In this document: positions 1-10,950 of the stretch, in pieces
Layout of the letters: every line of letters starts with the position of its first letter
Numbering within the stretch: the stretch's first letter is position 1
Assembly (NCBI RefSeq): GCF_000315625.1
Contig: NW_005434534.1
Location: 34,115 to 98,114 of the forward strand
Length of the DNA stretch: 64,000 nt
Reading direction: 5' to 3'
Source: Guillardia theta CCMP2712
Lineage: Eukaryota > Protista > Cryptophyta
The notes under the pieces: generated by a model
Database searches by the model: none
Told to the model about the DNA's origin: nothing
Seen by the model: only the letters and a program-made list of their open reading frames with translations
Made by a program: the position numbers and the translations under genes

Positions 1-60
1 GGGAGGAGGAAGATGGTGGTGGTTGTGGAGGAGGAGGAGGAGGAGGCACATTGATGGTCA

Positions 61-1729
61 GGTTGCGCAGCTACAGCTGGAAAAGCGCGAAGTTTGTGAC
101 AGAGATCTCGTTGGATGACTGCTATAGGTATCGGCCTCTTGATTCTCAGCTGCTGTGAATGATACGGTCGTTGCTCCTCCTCCTCCATTCCGATCGTGCA
201 GACCAGGGTTATGGGAGGGGCTGGGGTTTCATAGAAGAGGAAGATGGGCATGCGAAGTGAGTGAGCTTGATCTTGTCCTTGCCGTCACCGTTCGAGCAGG
301 AAATCTTTCAGGGCGGGCGAGCTTCCCCGTGGCAGGTGAGCCCAACTGTGGAGCTCGCGAGGAGGCTGACTCTTGTTTCTCGGCTCCAGTTTCTCTTGGC
401 TGCCATGAGGAGCTGCTTCACTCTCTTCGGGTGACTTGACTGTCTCTGAGCTCAAAGGTTTACAGCTGGGCTGACAGCAAGTCGCTCTTTCCCGGGGTCC
501 TGGCAGCTGCCCTGCGAGGCATCGCGCGACTGAGTGAGACAAGAGGATGCGATCTTGTCGCTCACTCTCAACCGTCAGAGATCCTCCTGGACCCTCCCAG
601 GCCGCAAGCACATCAACCCGCCACCAAGCAAGTCGCCGTCAAGGCTGCTGCTCGTGAGAACGTGCAACTGCCGGGAAGGGAGCTCGGATACTCCTACGTT
701 CTCGGACATCTGCCAGACTGCCCGAGCAAGACAGAAGAACTGCAAGCAGGCGACTCAGTGTTCGTTCTTCACTCACGACGTTGGTTGGCAGGAAAGCGAA
801 CCTCTCGCTCACTCCCTGCTCGCAGGAAAGAAGATGAGAATGAGGGGAGTCGTCGCTGCTTTTGGTCCTGGTCGCGTGATGGTGAGGATTAAAGACGAGA
901 TCGTGCAATGTTGGCGATCCGAGGTGGAGAAGCTGCTGCAAGGCATGACGGTACCTCCTCCTGCATTACTGCTCCTCTACATTGCTGACTCGTGGCCATG
1001 ACGAGTTCAGGTGCTGGTCGTCCCCGAGACGCATCATTACCACTATCTGGCGTACTCGCAGGTCAGCGCAGCTCAGCTAGCTCGGGGCTCTGAGGCCTTG
1101 CAAGGTGGTGGAAGGCGACAAGGCGCTTGAGATCGGGTCTGACTTCGGTCGCTGTTCCGTCATCCTCGCCCGGTAGGTCGACTCTACTCTTCATCCCTCC
1201 TTCTCTTCCTTCGTTGACGAGACTTGCAGTGCCTGCGGAGATGCTGTCGGAGTCGACGTGATGCCCGAGCGCGTCGCACAGGTGCGGGAACGGGCGAAGC
1301 AGGAGGAGAAGGATGATCGCATGCAGGCACAAGCGACGTTCGGATCCCCGAACTTGAAGTTCATCACCCTTGATTGCCTCAAAGAGGTGAACCTTTCTCC
1401 TGCTCCTCCTGCTCCTGAATAGACGTGAGACGGAGAAGCTGGCGGACATCGGGAGAGGAAGGAACAAGGTGTTCATCGACATCAACGGCAACAGGTGCAG
1501 CAGCAGAAGCAGCCAGAGGAGATTTCCGAACTCTGGCTGCGTCAGGCGCTGACTGATCGAGCAGGGACCTCGACGCTGTCTTGCGGTGCATCCGCCATGT
1601 TCAGGTGCGTCTGGTCGCTCAACCTCCTCGAGTAAGCCCGCCCAGGAGCGAGTGCGACCTCAGCTGATCGTCGTCAAGAGCCTCAGGCTCACTGAGAAGA
1701 TGGCGAGAGAAACTTTCACTGAGGCCTGA
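61..1729 (+). CDS. Multi-exon protein with C-terminal class I SAM-dependent methyltransferase domain (5' end probably outside window)
   Basis: Spliced exons read VVEGDKALEIGSDFGRCSVILAR / AVGVDVMPERVAQ / NLKFITLDCLKE / NKVFIDINGNR / VRPQLIVVKSLRL (motif I EIGSxxG, acidic end of beta2, DC motif); short GT-AG introns; stop TGA at 1727-1729. Confidence 0.6.
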
Positions 1730-1901
1730 AGTTTGAATTCTGAGGCCTGAAGTTTGAATTCTGAGGCCTGAAGTTTGAATTCTGAGGCCTGAAGTTTGAA
1801 TTCTGAGGCCTGAAGTTTGAATTCTGAGGCCTGAAGTTTGAATTCTGAGGCCTGAAGTTTGAATTCTAAGGTGTGAAGTTTGAATTCTAAGGTGTGAAGT
1901 T
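1719..1901. repeat. 21-bp tandem repeat (GAGGCCTGAAGTTTGAATTCT), 7 perfect and 2 degenerate copies, between two convergent gene ends
   Basis: Directly visible; the first unit contains the stop codon of the upstream gene. Confidence 0.95.
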
Positions 1902-1935
1902 AGGACTTTGAAGTGGAAAGTGTGAAGAGTGAACT

Positions 1936-4900
1936 TTAAAGCTTCAAGCTTCGATTTGGCGTTGCAAGTGGGCGGTTGTCTCGCATAACAGATGGGTGGA
2001 ACTTTGAAGAGGTTGTTCTAACATACAAGCGAAGCTCAGACAAGGAGAGAAGGGCTTGTGCTCGCTGCCTCCCCCCCTGCTGCTCCTTCATGTCCTCGGA
2101 AGGACGGCCGCAGATATCCACGAGTAGATTGATCGAGACTTGTCCTCTGGCGTTGCACACTTGGTGGCAAAAATGTGAGGAGGGAAAAGAAGAAGGAAAG
2201 ACAGGCGGGACCTCGTCTTGCGTCGACCTCTCCGACGCGTCCGATCGCTTCCTGTTGCTCAGCGAGTTGGGGTGATTGAAGAAGTGAAGCTGCGCCACGT
2301 CATCAGGCTGGTCAACTTCAGTCGAGGCGGACCCGCTTGATGACGTCGAAGGAGGAGTCCAGACCCTCCGACTTGTCCCCGTTGGTTTGCGACAGCAGCA
2401 AGTCCACCTGCCGCGACGTCATCCCCCTCGCCTCCCCCTCGCCTCCCCCTCGCCTCCCCCTCGCCTCCCCCTCGCCTCCCCCTCGCCTCCCCCTCGCCTC
2501 CCCCTCGCCTCCCCCTCGCCTCCCCCTCGCCTCCCCCTCGCCTCCCCCTCGCCTCCCCCTCGCCTCCCCCTCGCCTCCCCCTCGCCTCCCCCTCGCCTCT
2601 GCTTCCTCCTCGCCTTGTGCTCGAGGTGGAGGATCCTCTCCTTCTGCTGGGTGATGGTCTTGACGTGCTTCTCGATGGTGCTCAGGCGGGTCAGAATCTC
2701 TGAGTGCGACGACGAGCTGCTCGTCTCTCTCGCCTCCTCCTCCCCCTCGTGTCTGCCCATCTCCTGTGCCGCTGACTTGCCGGAGGCGGAATTCGATTGG
2801 AGCATGAGAAGCTGGCGGTCAACGTCACGACCAGACAGTGAGGAGAAGCTCACCTTGATGCCGAAGAGAGCAGCGGCAGAGGAGGACAGCGTCTTGCTCT
2901 TCGACTCCTGCAGAATCCCCACAGCCAGCTGACGCTGATTTTCAAGTCAGCCAAAGAAAGAGGATCAACTTGTGGCATTGGAGAGGAAGAGGGAAGGAAA
3001 GGAAAAGGGAAGAGCAGAAAAAAAAAGGAAAGAAACGGAAGGGAAAAGGAGGCAGAGAGAATGGAGGAGAAGGAGAAGGAGGTAGCGGAACCTGCACATA
3101 GAGGAAAAGGTGATATCTTATCATCTTCTCAAACCTCTCTGAGCTGCCCCGATGTCACTTTTCACTTTACCTCCTCCTCCTTCACCTGAGGCAGCCGTTG
3201 GCTTGACAGAAAGTTCCGTCAGGCCCCATGGTGATAGTGTGGTAGTCGTCAGGAGAAAGGTGAACCTGCGGGGGACCTCAAGGTTGGAAGGGAAGTCGTC
3301 GACCAGACGATCTAGAACAGGAGGAGCAGAGAAATTTGGAGAGAGAAGAGACTGAGGGAAGCGGCAGGTATGGGATGGTCTGAGCTCGAGAGCAGGTGAG
3401 GACTTACAGGTGTTTCGTGCGTAGAGCTTGAAATCTTCTTAAGACCCTCTGAAAGCTCCTGAAAAGAAACTGCGACGAGGGCAAAGTTTACAACCTCCAA
3501 GGTTCTTCCTTTATCTACTTCACCTTCGCCGTTGCCGTTGGCATCAAGAATCTGGGAAAGGGAGTGAGAGAGTAGAGGACGGGCAAGGAGAAATGGAGAT
3601 GAGGAACAAGGTGGAGGACGAGGCTGAGAAGGAGATGAAGAACGAGGCTGAGAAGGAGATGACGATCGCTAAGATGGAGGAGAAAGAGGAACAAGAATGA
3701 GATGAGCTCCAACTTCATAAAGAGATTGAATGCGAGATGACAGATCCGCTGACGTCCGAAAGTTTGACAACATCCTCAGCAGCGGATCGAGAGAAAATAT
3801 CCCTCGCTGATCTGCCTGTCAACGCTGTAGTGCTGCTGTTTGGACGGACCTGATGAGCTTGAGACCCGCTCTTGGCCTTCATCTCTGAAGTCGCTTGTAC
3901 AAACTCATCCAGTAGAACCGCAACAACTACGTCAAGACATTATGGGAGATGAAGGTAAATTCAACCAATACCGATGTTGAGCATCACAATCCCAGCGATA
4001 AGATAGAAGGAGATGAAGAAGAAGTTGATCTTCAGCCCGGTCATTGCGCTCGCTTCATCTTGCACTCATCTCACCGGGAAGTCATGCTTGAGGTCTCCTG
4101 TATTGAGAGGCCGCACGATGTCGGTGATCCAGCCGTCGCCCGTAGCGATTTGAAACATCTTAGAAAAGCGTCAGGAGCAGCGACAGGAGACAAGCAGGAG
4201 ACAGTGAAGAGAGACACGGTGAAGGTCCCAAACTGATCTTGCAGGTGCTCATAACCCCCGAAGAAAATCACAGCCATGACCTGCTCCACGTCATCTCGCG
4301 CTTGCCTCGCAACCTCACCAACGGAGTAGAGGGCGGAGAAGAGAAGGAGGACGCAGAAGGCGTTGGAGACAGGGATGATGGCAGACGTGAGAGAGTTGAT
4401 GATGACCCTAAGAGACTGCATCTTCTTGATCAGTCGGATCACCTGCAACAACTTCACTGCCTCTCCTGCCACGTCATCCGCCCACTCGAAAGATCCTGAT
4501 CAGACGAAGCAAGCTCACTCCAGGCAGATTCTCGATGACTTGCGATAAGATGGAGATGACAACAACGATGAAGTCGAAGATCTGTGCTGCACGTGAGGTC
4601 TTACAAGGCGTATATACGATGTTTACATTCCATCCATCGGTGACGAATGGGAAAAACCAATGTGCAAACATATTCAGAGCAAGCTCCACTGAAAAGATGG
4701 AAAGAAAAACGATTTCAAAGATGTTGAAAAGATTGTCGAGATGTGACCCAGGTTGCGGAAGCAGCTCATAGTTGATTACACTACAAAGAAAATTCAAGAA
4801 GATGATAAAGCCGACCGAGAACTGAACGGTGTCAGATTCGTATATCTCTTTGCATTGAAACCGCATCCTTGCAAGGGTTCCATACATACTGTTGATCCTC

Positions 4901-5526
4901 TTGAGCTCCTTCATACGCGCTTCTTCGATGGCAAGGATCCACGACCTGCACGCATCTGGAGAGCTTGCCCTTAGAATGTATGTCCTGCCGCTGTTGAATC
5001 CACCAGGGGTCGTGTGAACGTGGAAGATTCGGACGTTTTCTATGGCGTTATTGAGATTGAGGGAGGAGGAGGACATCTTCACAAACTTTTCAAAGAAATG
5101 CGGATGCTTCCAGTCATTTGTCGCCCCTTCCTCTCTCTCCTCCTTCCGTTCTCGGAAATCCAGTTCATTGCCCTCATCATTGAGGGAGACATGGCTGATC
5201 TCGGAGAGAGGGATGCTGTCGATGACGGGCGACTCTGCCTCCTTGGCAAAGAAGATTCTTGTCTTACAAACACAGACATACCGGCGGCTCCATGTCATGT
5301 CCACTGACTCCTTCTCGAGAAATCCTGCCATCGCTACCTCCTCTCCATCTGGTATGTAGCCCCAGTCCCCGTCAGCCTCATACAGTGAGGAGGTCAAGGA
5401 CGACAAGCCACTGCCCTTGCCCTGCTTGCTGTGCGACTTTGGCATCCGCCTGGGACCAGAGGAGAAGGGGTCTCTTCCTCCTCCCGCGCCATGCCGCGCC
5501 GACATCGCCACGACAGGCAGCGCCAT
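1936..5526 (-). CDS. Single-repeat (6TM) voltage-gated cation channel, EukCat/BacNav/CatSper-like, with N-terminal PH domain and C-terminal EF-hand and coiled coil
   Basis: PH: MAGFLEKES..WSRRYVCVCKTRIFFAK..YILRASSPDACRSWILAIEEA. S2-S3: FSVELALNMFA..FVTDGWNIFDFIVV. Spliced S4: LRLIRIFRVIRLIKK. Pore: MFQIATGDGWITDIVRP. S6: MLNI..VAVLLDEF. Spliced EF-hand: ILDANGNGEVSFQEL. Confidence 0.88.
2423..2600. repeat. 11-bp tandem repeat (CCTCCCCCTCG)n, ~16 copies, inside an intron of the channel gene
   Basis: Directly visible. Confidence 0.95.
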
Positions 5527-6840
5527 GGCCGGTCACTCTGTCACTGCAGGGGGCCACCCACCGGGTAGGGGTGGAAGCAATGAGAAAGAGAGGGGATTGA
5601 GGGGTAGGGGGTAGTGAGAAAGGACTTTATGATGGGAGTGATGGGGGTAGGGGGTCATGTACATTGAGTGAGGACCAGAAGGTACTGCCCGACACTGGCG
5701 GCTGCCATCCGATGATGATCGGCAGTGACTGCGGCCGGCCCGCCGATCGGACCCGGGGCCCGACCGTCCCGCGCGGCCGGCGGTCACTGTCACCGTGACG
5801 GCGGGTGAATGAACAGTGCCGCACTGGCAGTGCAGTCGGAAGCCTCATCAGACCGTACCGCCGTCATGGTGATGTTTAGACGGAGAGGCTTCCGAGTCCA
5901 GCGCCACTCTTGATGCTATCTTGTCTTTACGAGAATGTTTACTCGCTTGCAGAAGGTAAAAAGTGCCTCAAGCAAAAGCACACAGCCCCACACACCGGCA
6001 GTTTTAGCTACGGGTCCTGCTTTGTTTTGCTTGAGGCACTTTTTACCTTCTGCCAGTAAACATTCTACATGCAAACAGTCTTCCTCACTGTCCTCAGCGG
6101 GCGCAGTGGCCGCCGAGACCGAGGCCGTGCCGTCAATGCGGCCGCGTCTCCGAGCCGGTCCCGGCGGCGGCCGCTGCGCCTCAGGCCTGCTAAGGACAGT
6201 CAGAGGAGGACTGTTTGCCGCTAAGTTCCGAAGTTTCCTCTCTCTGAGGCACTATTTACCTTATGCGAGTAAAACTCAGCATTGATGTGGCGTCGCCGCC
6301 GTCACGGGTGGTGTTAGTCTCGCAGGCTACCGCTGACTCGGAGGCGGGGGAGATTTACTGGAAGAAGGTTTTTTAAAAAGTGCCTCGTGAGGAGGACTGG
6401 ATGCGTCACCTCGAGCGGTACCGTGCTCGTGCCCCCGGCGGACCCCCGGGCAGCGCCGGCTCCTTGTCGGCGGCTGCTCTTTCTCCGTCCGCGACCGTAC
6501 CGCCAGCCGCGAAGTTTGTGGCGGCAGCGGACGTCTCGACTGACAGCGGTCAGTCGGATGCCTCCGGGCTAAGTGAAGATTTACTGGCAGAACTTCGGAA
6601 GGTAAAAAGTGCCTCAAGCAAAAGCTGCACAATCACACACAAAACACAAGCCCGAAAAGAACCAGCACTGGCACTGCTGGCAACCGTCAGCAGACCCGGC
6701 ATCGCCAGCCCAAGCGCGAAGCCGCGCAGAAGAGCAGTAAATCTTCGTAACAGCAGCCCGGCCTAAGGGTCAAGCAATCAAGCAACAAGCAGCAGGAGCA
6801 TGCAGAAGGAATAAACTTTGAAAATCCCTTAGACGCAATA

Positions 6841-6897
6841 CCCTAAACCCTAAACCCTAAACCCTAAACCCTACTACCCTAAACCGGGCCCTAAACC
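6841..6897 (+). repeat. Interstitial telomere-type repeat (CCCTAAA)n (TTTAGGG on the - strand)
   Basis: Four perfect CCCTAAA units plus interrupted units. Confidence 0.9.
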
Positions 6898-7393
6898 GGT
6901 GTTGGTCTCGGCTACCGCTGACTCGGAGGCTAGCGAGGAGGACTACCTCGAGCGGTACCGTGTTCCCGTGTCCAGCCTCCCTCCGTCCGCTGCCCCAGGC
7001 GGAACCCCGGGCAACGCCGGCTCCTTGTCGGCGGCTGCCCTTTCTCCGTCCGCGGGCCGCCCGCTTTGTGGCGGCAGCCTCGGCGGACGTCTCGACTGAC
7101 AGTGGTCAGTCGGCTGCCTCCGGGTATCGCGTCTAAGGGATTTTATTCCTCCTGCATGCTCCTGCTGCTTGTTGCTTGATTGCCTGACCCTTAGGCTGCT
7201 TGTCTGCGCGGCTTCGCGCTTGGGCTGGCGGTGCCGCGTCTGGGTGCCAGCCGCTGAGTGCTGGTTCTTTTCGGGCTTGTGTTTTGTGTGTGATTGTGCA
7301 GCTTCTCGCTGTGCGCTGTGTGCCAGGAGGTTTAGCTTGTTCCTGCTTTGTTTTGCTTGAGGCACTTTTTACCTTCTGCCAGTAAATCGGACT

Positions 7394-7410
7394 ACCCTAA
7401 ACCCTAAACC
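7394..7410 (+). repeat. Short interstitial telomere-type repeat ACCCTAAACCCTAAACC
   Basis: Directly follows the element terminus GCCAGTAAATCGG. Confidence 0.75.
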
Positions 7411-10387
7411 TCCTGATCTCTCGCAGCTGAAAGAGCCTTAAGCGCCGTCTCAAGACTCAACTTCTTCACTTCGAGGTCGTCACTGGCGGGATTACACTTG
7501 GCGGCCTGCCTATCGGCACCGATGGATTTCATGCTAGTCAGCTCTGAGCGAAGGTTTCTACCCTCAACGAAGAGCTCTCGAAGCTCGGGCTCGTCCAGCA
7601 TGGCTTCATGTTCAAGACGCTGGTGAGGGCGAGCCATCTCCAGAAGCTGCGCTTCTTCCTCCAGGGGTCATCTCCGTTTCTCCCGCGGGTCCAGTCACAG
7701 ATTCGTCGCTTTGACCTCTCTGTCCACCTGGCGCTTGAGAAATACCACCGCTGGCCTTCCTCCCGACCTGCTAGAGTTTGCGAGGTTCAAGCGGGAGCTT
7801 CCGCATAGTCGGGGAGGGGACGAGTTCACGCCCTCTGAGGGTCTACTTCCTCGCTTGGTACTCTGACCAGCCAATGTCACGGACGCTGCCCTCTCCTCAT
7901 AGCCTGGACGTTCACTGCTCGAGATTCGGGCGCACGACTTCGTTCATAATGCTGGAGCGATCCTCTACCGTCGTGTGAAGGCTCCTGCACCGGCTGCAGA
8001 TGGCGCGGCGATCCCACCTGCCCCGGCTGATGTGCCTGATGACGCAGAACGCCCCCCGGCTGGCGCCGACGATCGGCGCGGAGCTGGCGAGGCGTCTCCG
8101 TCCCTCACTGTGACGTCGGGTGCCTCCGGAGAGCTCGACACCACTGGGTACTAATGAGGGGTAGAGGATTTACTGGCAGAAGATAAAAAGTGCCTCAAGC
8201 AAAACAAAGCAGGAACAAGCTGAACCGGCAGGCACACAGTCCACAGCGAGAAGCTGCACTAATGGATTTACTGGCAGAAGGTAAAAAGTGCCTCAAGCAA
8301 AACAAAGCAGGAACAAGCTAAACCTCCTGGCACACAGCGCACAGCGAGAAGCTGCACAATCACACACAAAACACAAGCCCGAAAAGATATAGGATTTACT
8401 GGCAGAAGATAAAAAGTGCCTCAAGCAAAACAAAGCAGGAACAAGCTGAACCGGCAGGTACACAGTCCACAGCGAGAAGCTGCACAAACACACACAAAAC
8501 ACAAGCCCGAAAAGAACCAGCACTGCTGGCACCCAGACGCGGCATCGCCAGCCCAAGCGAGAAGCCGCGCAGACAAGCAGCCTAAGGGTCAAGCAATCAA
8601 GCAACAAGCAGCAGGAGCATGCAGGAGGAATAACATCCCTTAGACGCGATACCCGGAGGCAGCCGACTGACCACTGTCAGTCGAGACGTCCGCTGCCGCC
8701 ACAAAGCGGGCGGCCCGCGGACGGAGAAAGGGCAGCCGCCGACAAGGAGCCGGCGCTGCCCTGGGGTCCGCCTGGGGCAGCGGACGGAGGGAGGCTGGAC
8801 ACGGGAACACGGTACCGCTCGAGGTAGTCCTCCTCGCTAGCCTCCGAGTCAGCGGTAGCCAAGTCAGTGGTAGCCGCCCGTGACGGCGGCGACGCCGCGG
8901 CAATGCCCAAGGACCGGCGTGACCCGACCGATGCCGGGGAGGAAGCAGGCGAGCTCGGACCAGCAGCAAGCACCCCAGGGGTGTCGAGCTCTCCGGAGGC
9001 ACCCGACGTCACAGTGAGGGACGGAGACGCCTCGCCAGCTCCGCGCCGGTCGTCGGCGCCACTCGACGTGTTTTCCCCATCGGAGTCGGAGACCTCCGGC
9101 GAAGACTCCCCCTCGGGCGACTCGACAAAGTCCGAGGAGGAGCTGTCCTCTGGCTCGAGAAGTGCTTGCGCCCGCAAGGGCGTTATGCTCCTGGCACCAG
9201 ACAAGAGCGCCTCCAGCGTCAGCTGCATAGTGATGCGCTGATTTGAAGCAGCATAGGATTTACTGGCAGAAGGTAAAAAGTGCCTCAAGCAAAACAAAGN
9301 NNNNNNNNNNNNNNNNNNNNNNNNNNNNNNNNNNNNNNNNNNNNNNNNNNNNNNNNNNNNNNNNNNNNNNNNNNNNNNNNNNNNNNNNNNNNNNNNNNNG
9401 CGAGAAGCTGCACAATGACACACACACCACCAGCCCGCACAGAACCAGCACATGCTGGCACCCAGACGCGGCATGCTTTGTTTTGCTTGAGGCACTTTTT
9501 CCCTTCTGCCAGTAAATCCATCGAGTGGTGTCGAGCTCTCCGGAGGCACCCGACGTCACAGTGAGGGACGGAGACGCCTCGCCAGCTCCGCGCCGGTCGT
9601 CGGCGCCACTCGACGTGTTTCCCCCATCGGAGTCGGAGACCTCCGGCGAAGACTCCCCCTCGGGCGACTCGACAAAGTCCGAGGAGGAGCTGTCCTCTGG
9701 CTCGAGAAGTGCTTGCTCCCGCAAGGGCGTCATGCGCCTCACACCAGACAACAGCGCCTCCAGCGTCAGCTGCATAGTGAGGCGCTGATAGGTGGCGGCG
9801 CGTTTGCGAGCCAAGACCTCAGCAGCAGGGCCGTCATCAGGCACGAAGTGCCGACCAAACCCCGCATCCTCACTACGGATTTACGGGCAGAAGGTAAAAA
9901 GTGCCTCAAGCAAAACAAAGCAGGATCAAGCTAAACCTCCAGGCACACAGCGCACAGCGAGAAGCTGCACAAACAAGCCCGAAAAGAACCAGCACTGCTG
10001 GCAATAACAATGGATTTACTGGCAGAAGGTAAAAAGTGCCTCAAGCAAAACAAAGCTGGCAACCGTCAGCAGACCCGGCATCGCTTTACCTTCTGCCAGT
10101 AAATCCGTCTTACTTCCGTAATACCTCGCCAGCCCAAGCGCGAAGCCGCGCAGACAAGCAGCCTAAGGGTCAAGCAATCAAGCAACAAGCAGCAGGAGCA
10201 TGCAGGAGGAATAAAATCCCTTAGACGTNNNNNNNNNNNNNNNNNNNNNNNNNNNNNNNNNNNNNNNNNNNNNNNNNNNNNNNNNNNNNNNNNNNNNNNN
10301 NNNNNNNNNNNNNNNNNNNNNNNNNNNNNNNNNNNNNNNNNNNNNNNNNNNNNNNNNNNNNNNNNNNNNNNNNATGTCGGATTTACT

Positions 10388-10950
10388 GGCATATGCAGCG
10401 CGATGTTTGCGAATCTTCTCAGACGCTGCAACATGGAGGGCGTCGAGGTTGACCTCCCCCCACTTGGTCAGGTCGGCAGAGCTACCAATGTAAGGGTGGA
10501 CCAACGTCACGTCCGCCATCAAGCCCTCGTACTGCTCGGACCCTCGATCGCGGATTCCAGGGATGTGGATATCGCCCTTCATCTTGCGGCCATGAGGATA
10601 GGAGGGTACCTGCCGTCGAGAACGAGGATCCCCGACTGTATGGATGACGCTCTGAAGACCAGCTTCGTTCAGCATCGACCGAATCGTACGAGTAAGGAAT
10701 CCACTCGATGGTTCAACGGTTGTCATGCGCCGTGGGAAGCTTGGAGGATCGGCGTTTGCAGGTCTGGAGATGATGTGCAGCAACGGAGGGATCGAGCTCG
10801 CGCTGACATCCATCACATTCCGTCGGACACTGGCAGATCGGCATGCCATGGAGATAGCAGTCGAGCATCTGAGCATAGCGGTGCGGGAAGGCCTTGAGGG
10901 GGTAGTAGCTCGAGACTCGCATCGGAGAGTGGCTCAGGTCACGCTCAGGA
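10388..10950 (-). pseudogene. Relic C-terminal CCHC zinc knuckle and restriction-like endonuclease (RLE) of a CRE-clade-like non-LTR retrotransposon
   Basis: CDGC-x10-HHLQTC, AHDN, then after a frameshift LTRTIRSMLNEAG..KGDI..ADVTLVHP..AASEKIRKH (RHN / PD / D / K-like RLE motifs). Confidence 0.75.
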
